DNA of 64,000 nt from Isurus oxyrinchus (GCA_026770705.1 JANJGN010000008.1:60946001-61010000); one strand, 5' to 3'; counted from the stretch's first letter, positions 23,457 through 37,182 are shown. Program-made: numbers and translations. Notes: a model not told the origin generated them from the letters alone.

Positions 23457-25538
23457 GCAGGTGGTTACCGAACCGTTCTATCTCCTCCAACCAGTCCTGC
23501 AGCCACATTGCAGCTGCAAACCTCATATCATTCAAGGCTGGAGCTGGTGACATTGCCACCATGTTACAACTTACCCTGCATTGCTGCATCAGGGAGGCCA
23601 CAGAGAATCTATAAACAAGAAAAGGGGACTTCATAGTATTCTCTCTGTGCAGAGGAGCAAGCGCTTGTCTTTGCTAGAACAGCATGATTCCTAATGGTGC
23701 GGGGGGACAACAACTACACGCACGTAGCCCTGCAGGCACCTCATCTCAACGAAGACATGTACCAGAACTGCAAGGGGTACAATTCGCATAATGTGAAAGC
23801 TGGTGTGTGGCTATGTGCAAAGAATCACATGTATGCTTGTTATCCTGGCAGCAGCCATGATGTTTCTATTCTGCAGCAGTCATATTTGGCATTCCAACCA
23901 TATTTGGACCAACACAATGAACCAGAGACTGGGTGCTTGGTAACAAGGGATACCTGCTTTACACATAGGTCATGGTCACTCACTACCTCCTGACCACATG
24001 TGAATAGCATGCACCTGATGAAAGCATGATGCCACCAGGAAAGTTGTGTGGCAAATCATCAGTGTTCGAAAACAACTGTTCTGCTGCCTGGACCACCTGG
24101 GGGGAAACCCTACAATACTTCTTGGAGCATGTCTCAAAATTTATGCTGATCTGCTGCACACAACACAACCTGACTCACATGAAGGAACAGGCATTGAGGA
24201 AGTGAATGCTCTATGCAAAACGCTGTGCCAAGTGGAGCCAATCTCCTCCATGCTCCATGACAGTAAGTACCGACTCTGTGGCAGGCTTGCCAATGCACCA
24301 CATATGCCTAACAGCCTTCTCCTGTACACCATCCCATCAAAATCTAAGTCCTCTATAGCAGAACCTGCCTGCAATCTCATCCTCTGGGAAGATACCCTAT
24401 CCTTCCTCATGGCCTGTATGCAGCCCACTGGTGCTCAGTGACTCACCCTGTCCTGACCCAGACTCTATGTTACCCTTGAAAGCACACATAGTGCTAGTAC
24501 TGAGCTGGTGCCTTGATCTTCATCTCACATGAAGGTGGCTCAAGTGGAAAGCAAGAGGTCCATGAGAAGGGTGACATGGAACTTGAGAAGGTATTTAAGG
24601 CAGGAACATGCTGCCATTCTGGATGTTGTCAGTGATATACAACAGCTTCAGTCACTACCAGTCCAATAATTTGCTTCCCTTTCTCCCCTAATGGCTGAAT
24701 AGATGCAACTGTGTCTTTCTCTGCTGGTTCTGTGGCTCTCCCTTATGTTATATGCCGCTTTGTCCTGCTAGACCGAAGAGAGAATGTCAGTGATTGTATT
24801 GCAATGTTTGGGTAATATGCCTGCCTTGGCTGAATAGCTGGAGGTATGTGGAAGGTATGTGGGAGAAGTGGATGTGAGGCTGACAGCTTTAGTAGGTGTT
24901 GGAGGATGAGATGGAGTCTCTGGTATTAAAACTGAATCCTCATTGTTAATTGGTGAGTGATGGGGCATGTTGCATTGAGCAATGTGAGAAGCTGGTGTGT
25001 GGTTGGTAGGAAGGTAGGTAGTCAAAGTCAGTGAAGCCATGTGAAGTCATTGAACTTCTGGTACTACTGTCAAACCCCAAGGCCAGACTCCAGGAATTGA
25101 CCTCCTTGGCCACCTACTCCCATTCTCTTATGAGGATTTGTCTTGTCATGGCTCCTGTAGAAATATTGCTTCTTTCCTCCTTTCCATCTGCTATACTAAT
25201 ACCTCCACTGTACATCAAAAAGCTGGAAGCTCTCTCTCTCTCTCTATCTCTACTCCACTGCTCCATTTGATGTGCTTCTCCTTGTAGCCACTTTCTCCCC
25301 AGTCAGCAGTAGCTTTTATGATGAATGCAGCTCCCCTTTAAGATGTGCAGGCTAGCTGAAACACACGCTAGCCATATTCTGCTTAGCCCCCTGTTGAGTG
25401 TGCAGCCAGCCAGAAGCACGATCACCAATGGTCTGCACACTACAATCTTTCAAACGAGGAGGCAGCACCATGTCTGCGTGGGTTAATTGGGAATCGTGAC
25501 CCCCATACTTGAAAGTAGGAGCAGTCAAATTTTTCTCC
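23457..25538 (+). mobile_element. Remainder of the outermost Harbinger: transposase 23457-24200 (+), decayed Myb gene about 24200-25270 (-), right end
   Basis: THVALQAP..MYQNCKGYNSHNV..ACYPGSSHDVSILQQS; KQLFCCLDHLGG; terminus AAATTTTTCTCC followed by TAA. Confidence 0.7.
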
Positions 25539-26429
25539 TAATATGACCCACAACAGGACTGCAAAACATATTGGTATCTACAGCATTAATCTTAGAGTTA
25601 ATTTATTTTCAAATCTTATCTGTCTGCAATCATATTTCTAATGTATCAACAATCCTACCGTCTTAAAACTAAAGGCTACCACAGTGTCATATTAACATGT
25701 GTATTACAGAGTGAATCACTTTAGTGCAGAATGAAAACCTCTCTATAGCAGTCTGAAATAGGAATTGTAGTGTTGTATTATTATATAAAATAGGTTATGC
25801 TTTGGGCAGCTTCTCACACCAAATTCATATTTTAATCGTTCTGCTCTTTGAGTAAAAAGACTTAATATTTAACTTTAGTCTAAAACTGACAATAACTTGA
25901 AAACAGATCAAGAACCTTGGAAGGGATGAGTTGATTAATTCAATCTTTTTGCAGTTATTCCCTCTTTGGGACTAATTGTAGACATGCTTAGGAATGTTCA
26001 AAAGGATTTAAAAATTACATGTAAAGAAGATGGGAATAAAAGAAAATGAAGTAACTGGATGTTTGAAAGGACTGATCCCAGAATCAGTATAGCAATATGA
26101 CTGAATATATAAATTACCAATAATTCAGTCATTACATTAAAAGGTGTTTTGTGCATATAACTGAAAATCAAGTCACTAGATTTTAAACCCCAGTGAGAAT
26201 TTTTTTACCTGCTGGGCCAGCAGATGGAAAGATATCTTTGGACTTTTTTTGATAAGAACTGAAGGTTCCAAATTGCAGTGTTAAAAACATTAAGGCAAAA
26301 GATGACTTTTTACTATGACAAGTTCAGCACTCATTCACAGTTTAAACATTAATATGGAAAAGAGCTTGCCAGAATGAATGATCAAACAGTGTACAGGGAA
26401 TCTAACAATTTGGGTTAAAAAATCAATGA

Positions 26430-27090
26430 TGTTGGTATTTGGGTGTGGGGATCACGATAGGTGATTACTCTGCACCTGGTTGTGGTGATGCAGGCAGCAT
26501 GTAAACATACTGCTGACTGGCTGCACACTCAGCAAGGGCACCCAGGTGCATGCATGGTTAGCATGATCACAGCTAGCTAGCCTGCACTTCTCAAAGACAG
26601 CCTGCAATCTTAAAGGGAACGTGGATTCAGGCTACAACAGCAGTGAAATTGAATCAAAAATGTTTCAGAGGAAGATTTAAAGTATTATTTGAGCAGCAGA
26701 GTGCAGAGAAGGCTCCCAGGTCCGTTGACACAATACTGGAAGCCTTGGGACGTGGAAAGGAGGAGAGAGGTCATGTCCCCAAAGGGGACCAGTGTATTGC
26801 CCTTCAGATGAAGGGAACAGGAGCAGACAGCTATGGAGGTCAATTCAAGGAGTGCATCCCCAAGGACCTGGTTGCAGTGCTACAAGAAAAGGACCTCACG
26901 AGTGATCAAGGTCAGTGAATGCATCTTCAAATAGCACCTGCTGCCAACGTCACATACTACTCAGTGCACCATATCCCCATCATTCACCCATTAGCAATCT
27001 CTATCCATCAGGTCTTGTGCCAGATGCTTCACCTCACCCTCACCCACTTACCACTGCTGCAAGCCTTATGCTGACATCTCATATCTGTTC
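26430..27090 (+). mobile_element. Decayed Harbinger fragment (end plus Myb exon 1)
   Basis: EKAPRS.D..LEAL..; RTWLQC.KK..DLT..IK followed by donor GTCAGT and a C/A-rich intron, as in other copies. Confidence 0.55.
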
Positions 27091-27514
27091 CTGTGCCCTG
27101 CTCCAGAGTGCTTCCAGTCTCTCTGGTTTCTTGCCCAAACTCTGCTCCATGCTCAGCAAATTTGTCCTGGTCTCAGGGTCAGAGAGTTTATTACTTTTGC
27201 TTTTGTTGATACACCTTCAGCTGCGGGAAAATAAATACATTTTACTGTACAGTCTCAGGACCTTGAACCAATGGTACCTGATGTAAAATGAAGTTACAAG
27301 CAATTTTGGAATAAGGCATTTTCTTACATAATGTTATCTATTTTGTAAGTTTTTCTCTTTTCAGGCTCCTTTTAGTTCAGGAAATACCAGCTGATATTCC
27401 TGAGTATGTGAAGAGGTGATTTATTCTGCTGTTCAAATCATGTTGTCCAGAATATTGAGAACTTCTAGTGCCCATCCATCCACTTTACTACATCCATTTA
27501 TAATCACAGTCCTC

Positions 27515-27682
27515 AAAATTTGACTTGATAACCAATCAGCACCCTTTCGTCATGCAGTATAAATTGTTGTTCCCTTTGAAATTTGGCATTCTTGTGTCTG
27601 TCCTGATGAGGGCAAGATGAAACGCTTTGACAGTATGTCTCATTTCAGCAATACTCAAGTTTTATACTACACAACGACTATT
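27515..27682 (+). mobile_element. Penelope-like pLTR fragment (CCAAT, TATA, hammerhead)
   Basis: Homologous to 52140-52290. Confidence 0.7.
27598..27633 (+). ncRNA. Minimal type-I hammerhead ribozyme motif, decayed
   Basis: CTGTC-CTGATGA-GGGCAAGAT-GAAA-CGC-TTT-GACAG; stem I CTGTC/GACAG perfect; stems II and III mutated. Confidence 0.6.
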
Positions 27683-29049
27683 ACATAAAATTAATTTTAA
27701 TGACATAAAACTGTCAGGAACTCTTATCCCCTAGCCCAGTGTTTTGAAAATATCATAGCACCGTAAGGACCTTAAAGATATATTATAAATAGGAAATAAA
27801 CTCAGGGCTGATGTCTTAATTCCTCAAGCATTTCTGACTTTTTGAACCTATCTGGACCTTTCACAGCTCTCTCATTTAAAAGCCCAATAGCCTTTGCAGT
27901 CTTCAAATGAAAATACTGATCAACGTTCACCCATATTGAGTGGGCAGTGAGCAGAGAGGTTGCACTGCCTGTCCAATATCAGAAGCATGAGGCCCAAACC
28001 ATGTTCAAGTTTGGGCCTCAGTTTCATTGGGTTGGAGAAGCATTAGGTAACCAATGGACACTGATGAACAGCTCACAAATCTTAAGTGGGGTGGGAAACC
28101 TAATAGCTCCATAGCACAGCAGAGCAGGTAGAAAACTGTGCAATCCATGGGGCCACTGTGCAGACTGTAGCGGGTCACAGTGTGTCTGCGGGACCTGGAT
28201 GAATATTCCTGCAAGGACACAAACAAGTAATTTATCTGAAAAGCCTATTGCAATACGTTGGCAAGCAATAGCACATCAAAAGTGTGAGATGTTGAAAACC
28301 ACGCGAGCAAAGCGAGTGAATTTTATTACTGTCATTTCAACCTTGAGATATAGTACAACTCTGGAACATGCTCCAAACTGTTATTCTTTCTAGTACATAC
28401 ATCTGTCATTGTACTAATTTTCTACCCCTGAGTTGTGTTTCACACTGATATTCTCTGCTGGTCCATTCTGAAGATAAAGCTGACAATGAACTTTAATCTT
28501 GTGCAACAATCACCTCCCCAGCTATGGTTGTAGCTGAACTGTCTTCCACAGGAAATGGTGCAAGTACATTTTCAGTTCATTAACCAGGCACTCCAGTTAC
28601 AAAAAATGATGAATTAACTGGAGATACCCTTTTATCTTTCTTACAATGATGAGCAAAGTTACTGCTCTTTACCCTTTTGAAAATCATTGTTATATTTCTG
28701 CTCCAAAACGTAGGTACAAGCTTATTCAAAGAATAACAGCGAGGATGCGTTGCTAAGCAGTTTTACAAATCTGTTTTAGATCCTGCACAGAATATTATAG
28801 AAATTGGAGTGAGAAATGTAGAGAGCTTTCCATGAAAAGGTTCAGTTATAAACATCCTATTTACATTTCTATTGGACAGCTTTTTTCATGAATCCTGAGC
28901 TAATAATACAGTAAACAAGATGAATATCTTATACCTATAACTGAGTCTCATTTTTTTCTGTACTTGCCACCATAACCATTTTCAGTAAAGAATTGTCTTG
29001 AAAATTTACATATTTTTATGGGTTGTAAAAGCCTCTATACCATTGAAAA

Positions 29050-29230
29050 GGCAGAAGTCAGCAATGTGATGGAATACTCTCCACTTGCCTAGATCAGTCT
29101 AGCTCCTACAACAAAGAAGCGCAAAACTGTCTAAGGTAAAACAGTCATTTGAGCAGGACACCATTTAATGCTTAAACATCCACTCCCTCCACCATCAGTG
29201 TACTGTAGCTGTGGTATGTATTATGTATAG
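29050..29230 (+). mobile_element. Decayed fragment of a second LINE family, same as 36550-37180
   Basis: gtgatggaatactctccacttgcct...catccactccctccaccatc shared with 36700-36845. Confidence 0.6.
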
Positions 29231-29609
29231 CCTATGTTAAACATTTAGGAGAAATTATCAGAGTCATTACCATATAGTGCTGAGCCATAAAGACAGGGAA
29301 GATTTGATTCTCGGTAAGCATTCAGCTGATTATTCCTGGAGTGGCACTAGGTGATGATACAATTGGGCTCACCTTCTCTGGGAAAAAATACATGACCAGT
29401 TATTGGAACGCAATGGCCTCCATTGGAACATGTGGACTGAGGTCACCTGTAGTGTCCTCAGTATTAAAAAGCTCCATAGAAAGGTCCTTGTCTAGACTCA
29501 CAAATGAAGAATGACCTCTGTTGGTTGCTGTTGCCTATGGACCAATATCTTAGCATGAGTGTCTCCAGGAGAAATGGGGACAATATGCAACAAAAGGGGG
29601 AAAAAAGGT

Positions 29610-32600
29610 CTGCAGAGTTCAGTTTTCATGGCGCGGGTCCTGACAGCAGACATGGAAGCGGTAGAACAGGATCCATCCAATTATGCAGTGGGGGTGGGCA
29701 GAAGGTCACCAAACCTGCTGTAAACTGGTGGAATTAGAGGTCCTGCCACCTATAGCAACATCGGTATGGCAGAAGCTAGGAACCCCAGGAGCATGATCTG
29801 GACTTCAGCCTTCCCCTTGGCCACTGACCCGAGGGACATCACTTCGACCACACACTCAACTGCCATGTAGCTCAGACAATACACAGCTCCACAGTTCAGC
29901 AATACTTCCCTGTAGGTTCTCCTCCAAGCTGCTTGGGATTGTGAGGTTGGTGCTGTTCCCCATCAATGGCATCAGGAGACCTTCCTGCTTCACCAAGGTG
30001 CCCTGAACAGAGATTGCAGTAGATGTTAGCAGTCGTGGGGTCCAAGGCACACCTGGGTCCTATGCAGGGAAAAGGATCAATGGCCTCCTCCACACCTCCA
30101 GGGTGAGTAGAATAGTTAGACCAATGTGACTCTCATGAGGTCAACAAGGAGTGTGTCTTTCAGCGAGCGGATGGAGCGGGTAGGCAGCTGAATGCAGCGT
30201 AAGGCACAGCAGTAGATGCATCATGAGTTTTGGTTAAATGTGGATCAGAATTTATAGGTTCATGCTTCTGTTGAAGTACAAGTGACATGAGTGTGCGAGT
30301 GTTAATGGGTCACCCAGGAGGCTCCATTGCCCAACAGACAGGTGTATGCTGATAAGAGGGTCACATGTCCATTGAGATGAGACTATTCTCTCCTTCTGTT
30401 TTCAGGAGAAAATAGTACATAATGCCAAAGAACAGGCAAGGAGTGCCTAAAATAAGGATTCTCTCACCTGCCGAGGAAACAGTGGTGGAATTGGTGGACA
30501 GCAGTGCAGCTGGGTAATCATAGACAGCGATACCAGGGTGCAGAGAGAGGAGAGAGGAGGGCGAGGAGGCCTCGAGCCTGGTGTCAACCACTGAGCGGAA
30601 ACGAATCACATATCAGAATGGGATAGGAAGAGGGTTTGTGAATAAACATTATCCTTTGCATTCTCCAATGCAGACCCTTGCATTCCTAAGGGAGGGTCTA
30701 CTCCATGACCCTGTAGTTCACCTCTGAGGGTGAGGACATGGAAGCCTCAGAGGGTGCATCATCACATCTTTCCCTGGCATGCTCCACCAGCTAAGATACA
30801 GTCTTCTCTGTGGTATGCAATTACATTTAGAATGTCACATTCTGGGAAGCACATCACAGACATGCCGAAGCAGCTGATGGGGGCTATGGCAGTTGGGAGC
30901 CCTGACATTTGGAGAGCTCATGCTGAGCTCCATGTCAGGCCTTTAGTCAAGGCTGCACAGAACCTACTGGAGATGCAGCAAAAGATAGGGGAACATCTGG
31001 CGGAGCTGCAAGAGGCATTATGCAGGCATGTGGGAATGATGGAGGAGCCCATCTAGGTCATGAGTTCTGCCATGTCTCGGGGGGCTGAGTGCTTTGCTTC
31101 CTCCATGGAGAGGTTGGTGACTGTCTTGGAGAGCCAGGTTCAGCAAAGCAGTCAGTGGCTGCTAGATTTGTACTTGGAACAGCATACTCTGGCCATGGGC
31201 TGCATGCAGGTGTGACCAGGCGAGAGGGGGGTTGGGGGGGGCAGTGGTGAGGTGCTTGGACCTCCCTTCAGGTGTCCCTCCTACTCTAGTAGTCAGGAGG
31301 TGCCATCGCACAGCAAGATGGATCAGAAGCACCAGTCATTTAGGGGGCTTCCTTCCTGAGCGCTCCAAGAGTGAGCAGATGCTCCTCAGCCACCGGTGCT
31401 TCCAGTAGCCAAGGCCAAAGAGGATGCACCAGCATTCTGAAGTCCTCCAGACCTCAGGCAATCAAAGGATGGCCACCAAGTAATCTCTGGCAATGGGACA
31501 TCACACTCATCACCATCTCCGCTTCAGCTGCAGATGTTGGGGTTGTATCATGTCGCTGTGACCGTAAGTGTAAATGTAAGAGATTGTTATCACACAAAGG
31601 TGGCATGGGTGTTCCAACATCAGATTTCAATATATGGTGTGTGATTAAACATCTTGTTCACTTTATTCATGTGTGGTGCATGATTTTGTTGGCGGGACCT
31701 GGTTAGCAGGGCAATCACTTTCATGATGAGTGGCAATCTATACGGATGAAGGGTGAGTACTGACATCTCAGTGATTGGGGTGGCAAGGATGGAGTGGCTT
31801 GACTGCTTTCATTGAGGGTTTAATGTCAGGCAGATATGCAGAGGTCATGCGGGCGAAAGGCCTAGAGCCAATTGGTTTTCCAAGGTATTATCTTTGCTGA
31901 AACCTGTTCACAATGAGTGACTCTCATGGGTCTTCCTGTTTTGTCTCTACATGGCCCTGGCATCTGATGCTGAAATTCCGCCTTACAGGCCTTCCTGCTC
32001 TGATACATCCTCCCCATTACCCTCATCCCATGAGGAATGTGGCTCCTCTTTGTCTGAGGCTGGCAAGTCTTCTCCTCTTGTGCAATGTGCAGCAGACTGC
32101 AATAATCCTCAAGACCTTCTGAGGTGCATATTGGAGAGCATTAAGGTCACTGAGGGTGTGGCGATAGAAGACCAGGGTGAGCGCCAATCATCTGTAGATG
32201 CAAGTTTCTGGTTGAGGGCATACACCCAGTGTTCCTGGAACCATGGATGGAGGAAGGGTGTTATTGGATCCTGTGCAACAGCAGCCAGAAGGTGAAAAAA
32301 GGGTGGCACCAGATGCTGAGACCATGAGGCCGGAGACCATCGGGCCAATTCGAGCAATGTTGCATTCTGGAATCTATTGCAAGGGCAGTCCAGGCAGTGG
32401 AACATTATTTTCAACATTCCAGTGGCCTGCTCTGTAACCCTTGTGGAAGTATAGCATTCATTGTAGTGCCCCTTGGTTGGATTTAGAGGATTCTGACTGC
32501 TGTCATCAACCAGGTCTTGAGTGGATAGCGCGTCACCCAGGACCCATCCCTACAGGTGTGCGGGGCCTTGAATAGCTGGAAGTAGCGAATCTTGAGAGCT

Positions 32601-33903
32601 CGCTGGCAACTGAGCACACACCTGGAAGATATGTCTTCTGTGGTCGCAGACCAATTGAACATTAATTGAGTAGAATCCTTTTTGGTTTATGCAAGTTGCA
32701 GGCTAGTTTCAGGGAGCTCTGATTGCCACACACATGCAGTCGATTAGTCCCTACAACCGTGCAAAACCCACGATGGCACCAAAGACAATTGATCTTATGG
32801 CCTGACACTCTGGGCCTGTACTGAAGTGCATGAACTCTCCAGCCCTTTTAAATTGTGCATTCATTACCTCTTTGATGCAGCAATGTGTGGCTACCTATAA
32901 GATCCCTCACATGTCCCGCATGGAGCCCTGGAAAGAGCAGCTGATGTAGAAGTTCAATGTCACAGTAAATTTTAAAGCTACTGGCATTGGGTTTCTTCCC
33001 AGTCCACCCTGAAGGAGAGCACACAGGTCAGTGACTAATTCCCTAGACATACTCAGCCATCTTTAGCATTGCAGTCTGCAGATATGTTAGGTGCATGTGA
33101 TAGATTCTAGGATGCGCTATTGCTCAAATCACACCCTGATTGTCTCCATCCTCACGGTCTCAGCATCTGGTGCTGCCCCGTGTTCACCTTGTGGCCACTG
33201 TTGTACAGGATCCAATAACATCTTTCCTCTGCACTGTTCCTCCATCCATGATTCCAGGAACACTGGGTGTATGAGACCTATTTTACCTCCAGAAGTTGAA
33301 CAGAGGCAGAAGCCAGGCAAAGGTATGTTCTCCACTGGTGACATGGCTCTCAACCAGAAACTTGTATCTACAGATGGTTGGCACTCACCCTGATCTTCTT
33401 TCACCACACCCTCAATGACCATTGATCTTCCCTCTATCACAATTAATCTCCCTCCTCCACTCAATCACCCTCGCTATACCTGCGATCATCCTTGACCTGC
33501 CCCATGATGTTTCTCAGCCTCCTCTCCACCCTGACCAGCAAACTCTCCAAAGTGTAATGACAGGCAGCTCCAAGTCACTCACCTTCCACCTCCAGGACTT
33601 CCTCCCTTGTTCCATGCCAGCTTTACCTGGTCATGAAAGTGAAAGTCCGTGTTTCCCCTGCGTCTCCAACTTAATCACAAAGGTAGCATTTAATTCCAAG
33701 AACGAGTGTTTTAATGAGCGTTCATTGCATGCAAATCCATTACAATTAGCTTGCTGCCTTGTGCCTTTGGCATTGATGTCCTGCATCCGTTCCATTGCCA
33801 GAAGAATTTGACGCACCTATACCATTGTCAGGAACTTGAATCTTCAGTTCCTGTCCTACTCATCGCCCCTGCCTGCTCCCTCGGACAGCAGTGAATTCCC
33901 CCC
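29610..33903 (-). mobile_element. Degenerate full-length Harbinger (Myb gene on +, transposase on -)
   Basis: Myb exon 1 about 29866-30102 (APQFS..SL; WVLCREK.N.LL; donor GTGAGT), exon 2 from 30406, exon 3 to about 31570; transposase about 32350-33130 on - (MSRELVTDLCALL..NPMPVALKFTVTLNFY..SFQGS; MLKIMFHCLD). Confidence 0.75.
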
Positions 33904-34373
33904 AGAGTCTAACTTCATTTTGTTTAAAATACAGTTTAACATACTTCAAAATGCAAAATGGAACAGAAAAATATATATTGCAAGCTGTAATACAAAATAT
34001 TCACTTGCAGTTAATGAAAACAACATAGAACCTCCAGCTCTGTATTCAGTGCAGCTGATTGTAAATCATTTGCTTGACAGGTTGTATCTAATTCCTTGTG
34101 ACTCATTGAAAGGTAAAGCCTTTTAGCAATCATTGTCAGAATACTTACTGGCGCCATTCACCTGGTCATGTGATGTTACCATTTTCATCCTAGTGTCTCC
34201 CACACACTATCTTAGTATTTACTCAGTGTCATTCCTCTGCAAAGGTATGTGATTAGAATACATTTCCAATATAAAACCAATTTGTATCATGTTTAATCCA
34301 TCTATTCCAGAGTTTGGCACTTCAACGTTGTCTTCTGATGCTGTAAAAAGAGTGAAAAGACAATTTTAGATAT

Positions 34374-34765
34374 AAGAACATAAGAACATAAGAAATAGAA
34401 ACAGCAGAAGATCATTCGGCCCCTCGAGCCTGCTCCGCCATTCAATAAGATCATGGCTCATCTTCTTGTGTTTCAATTTCCACATTGCCATCTAACCCTG
34501 ATTACCTTTGATTGCCTTACCTAACAAGAATCCATCTACCTCTGCCTTAAAAATATTCAATGACCCCCAACTCCACCACCTTTGGAGGCGGAGAGTTCCA
34601 AAGTCACACAACCCTCTGAGTGAAAAAATATCTCCTCATCTCTGTTCTAAAAGGGCATCCCCTAATTTTAAAACAGTGCCCCCTTGTTCTGGACTCACCC
34701 ACAAAAGGAAACATCCTTTTGACATCCACAGTGTCAAGGCCGTTCAGGATTCTGTATGCTTCACA
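34374..34765 (-). mobile_element. CR1 3' fragment
   Basis: YRILNGLDTVDVKRMFPFVGESRTRGHCFKIRG..FRTEMRRYFFTQRVV; ataagaac tail repeats. Confidence 0.85.
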
Positions 34766-34825
34766 AGCATCATTTATAGTGATTGTGGATTTGTCAAACA
34801 TTATGAAATTTTGTTTGTTCTCCAA

Positions 34826-35458
34826 AGGGTGAATTTTTCCTATGGCGAGCGGGCTGGGCGCAAAGCCAATTGTCGCCCACGATCGGCTGTACGCTGCCAT
34901 TTTATGCGGGCAGGCCAATTAAGGCCTGCCCAATGTAACACGTGATCGGTAGCGCTCAGTGCTACCTGTGCAGGCAAGGGGAGAAGGGAGAGTCGGGACC
35001 TGCGCTCTTTCGTATGCATGCGTGCAAAAGAACGCAGCAATCTCTCTGAGGCAAGGAGCTGCTTCAGGGAGATTAAGTTGATAATTTGTTTTTTGTGCTG
35101 GGACATGTTTGTGAATTTAGCAAAATGTATTTAATTAATTTATAAAACCTTCAGGAAATCTCATCCTGCCCATGGATGAGGTTTCCTGAAAAACGCAAAG
35201 GCTGCTTGGGCTCTTCACCTGCCCGCCAACCATAAGTTGGACGGGCAGCATTGTTAACAACTTTAATTACTTTTTTAATGGCCTCAGTAGGCTGTTGACA
35301 GTTTGGCATGCACGCAGCCACCTCCGGCGCACGCCCGCTGAATGAAATATCGAAATGACGCGCAAGGACATCGGGAAGCACGCCTGATGTCATCGCACGT
35401 CATTTTATGCGTCGGTATGTCAGGCCCACCCCCGCATGCCGACAGCAATATTCTGCCC
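34826..35458 (-). mobile_element. Harbinger-family MITE
   Basis: TIRs AGGGTGAATTTT...AATATTCTGCCC; TSD CAA; central hairpin about 35153-35187. Confidence 0.8.
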
Positions 35459-35559
35459 CAAATCAACTAATTTTCAGAATACCTTTCTTTTCTAATATTT
35501 TGCTCAATGCAATTACATCCCAGGTAGTGAGTCTGGACTCCATAGTAACAGGACAAGTA

Positions 35560-35950
35560 AAGAAACAAAATAGACAAGCATTAAAGGCAACAACAAAATC
35601 ATTACCAGGACCTGCTGTCTGGAAAAATGGGAGTAGTGATTATGATATGAAATTGGTGAACTCAGTGTTGAGTCCAAAGGCTGTGAAGTGTCTAATTGAA
35701 AAATGATGTCCCTCAAGCTTCTGTTGCACTTTATTTGAATAGCACAGCTTTGTTACTCTACTTGTGCCTTTACCACTCTTTTGCCATGCATAATCAGTCC
35801 TCTTGTCATTTTAAACACTCCTGCCTTCCATCTTATCACAGACATTCCCTTTTGTTCTTTCCTTCATCCTCTTCACTGCTTCTGCATTTTCTTAAAACAT
35901 GTCACATCTCTGACTTTCTCCAGTCTTGACAAAAAGTCATAGACCTGAAA
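35560..35950. mobile_element. Old Penelope-type relic ending in a decayed hammerhead; continues at 37234-37297 after an insertion
   Basis: cagtcTTGACAAaaagtcatagacctGAAA | tgttaatctgtttctccctccaaagatgctgc..gagtattttcagca, related to the tail of the fold-back family. Confidence 0.5.
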
Positions 35951-36549
35951 TCCTGGGGGTAATTTTACTCTGAAAAACTGGCGCATTGGAATCAGGAGGG
36001 ATGTTAAAATTTTTAAAACATCAAACTTGACCCCATCTTTCCCGCTTTGGGTTTTAATGGAGGTTGGATAGTGGGCGGCTAACCAACCTGACCCCAAGAG
36101 GCAAGTTGTCCATTTAGATGTTGTAAGGAGGCTGCATTCCGCTTCCGGGTTTAACCCAGGATGGTTGGGTTTTCTGGGTTTCTGGAAACCCGGCAGCTAA
36201 AGGAAGCCGAGGACAGACTCATGGAAATGGTAAATGTTTTTACAGCACTGCTTGTGAGTGAAAAGGAGCATGAGTGCTTCCTTCTAGCCCTCCAAATTTA
36301 CCTTCTTCTCTGCCTGTCAACCCCCTCTGTGACCAATACCCCCCAATTAATGATTACCCTTCCAGCCAAAAATTCCAGACTACCTACATCCCCATTAATC
36401 TAGCTTCCTCTTTCTGGGCTGCAGCCTCCTCCAGAGATTTCCTGCATGTAAGGCAGCCAAATGAGCTGGTTTGTGGGTGAGAAACATGCTCAATAAACAA
36501 GATGCACACCCTGGAGGCAAACATTCAATAGCGTGCAGAGACCTACTAT

Positions 36550-37182
36550 CCACATCCTGGGGATACGATTGACCAGAAACTAAACTGAACGAGTCATATA
36601 AATACTGTGGCTACAAGAGCAGGTCAGAGGCTGGGAATTCTGTGGTAAGTGACTCACCTCCAGACTGCCCAAAACCTGTCCACCATCTACAAGGCACAAG
36701 TCAGGAGTGTGATGGAATATTCTCCACTTGCCTGGATGAATGCAGCTCCAAAACACTCAAGAAGCTCAACATCCAGGACAATGCAGCACACTTGATTGAC
36801 ACCCCATCTACCACCTTCAACATTCACTCCCTCCAGCACTGATGCAGTGGCAGCAGTGCGTACCATCTAAAAGAAGCATTACAGGAATTCACCAACGCTC
36901 CTGCAACAGCACCATCCAAACAGACTATACCACCTTGAAGGACAAGAGCAGCAGATGGATGGGAGAACACCACCATGTACAAGTCCCCACCAAGCCACAC
37001 ACCACCCTGACTTGGAGCTAGATAGCTAGAATTCCTTCACTGTTGCTAGGTCAAAATCCAGGAACTGCCTTCCTAACTGTGGGTGTACCTACACCAAGTG
37101 GACTACACCAGTACTAGTAGGCAGCTCACCACCATCTTCTCAAGAGCAATTGGGGATGAGCAATAAATGCTGACATAGCCAT
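36550..37182 (+). mobile_element. 3' fragment of a second LINE family (CR1/L2 group)
   Basis: ILG..IDQKLN.T.HI..VATRAGQRLGIL; YKAQVRSVMEYSPLAWM; tail gggatgagcaataaatgctg shared with 43478-43805 and 50940-51000. Confidence 0.75.

Noticed and set aside
34081-34342. Candidate exons (34081-34112 on +, 34148-34342 on -)
   Set aside because: The plus candidate is only 32 bp with no recognisable peptide; the minus candidate has stops in all three frames.
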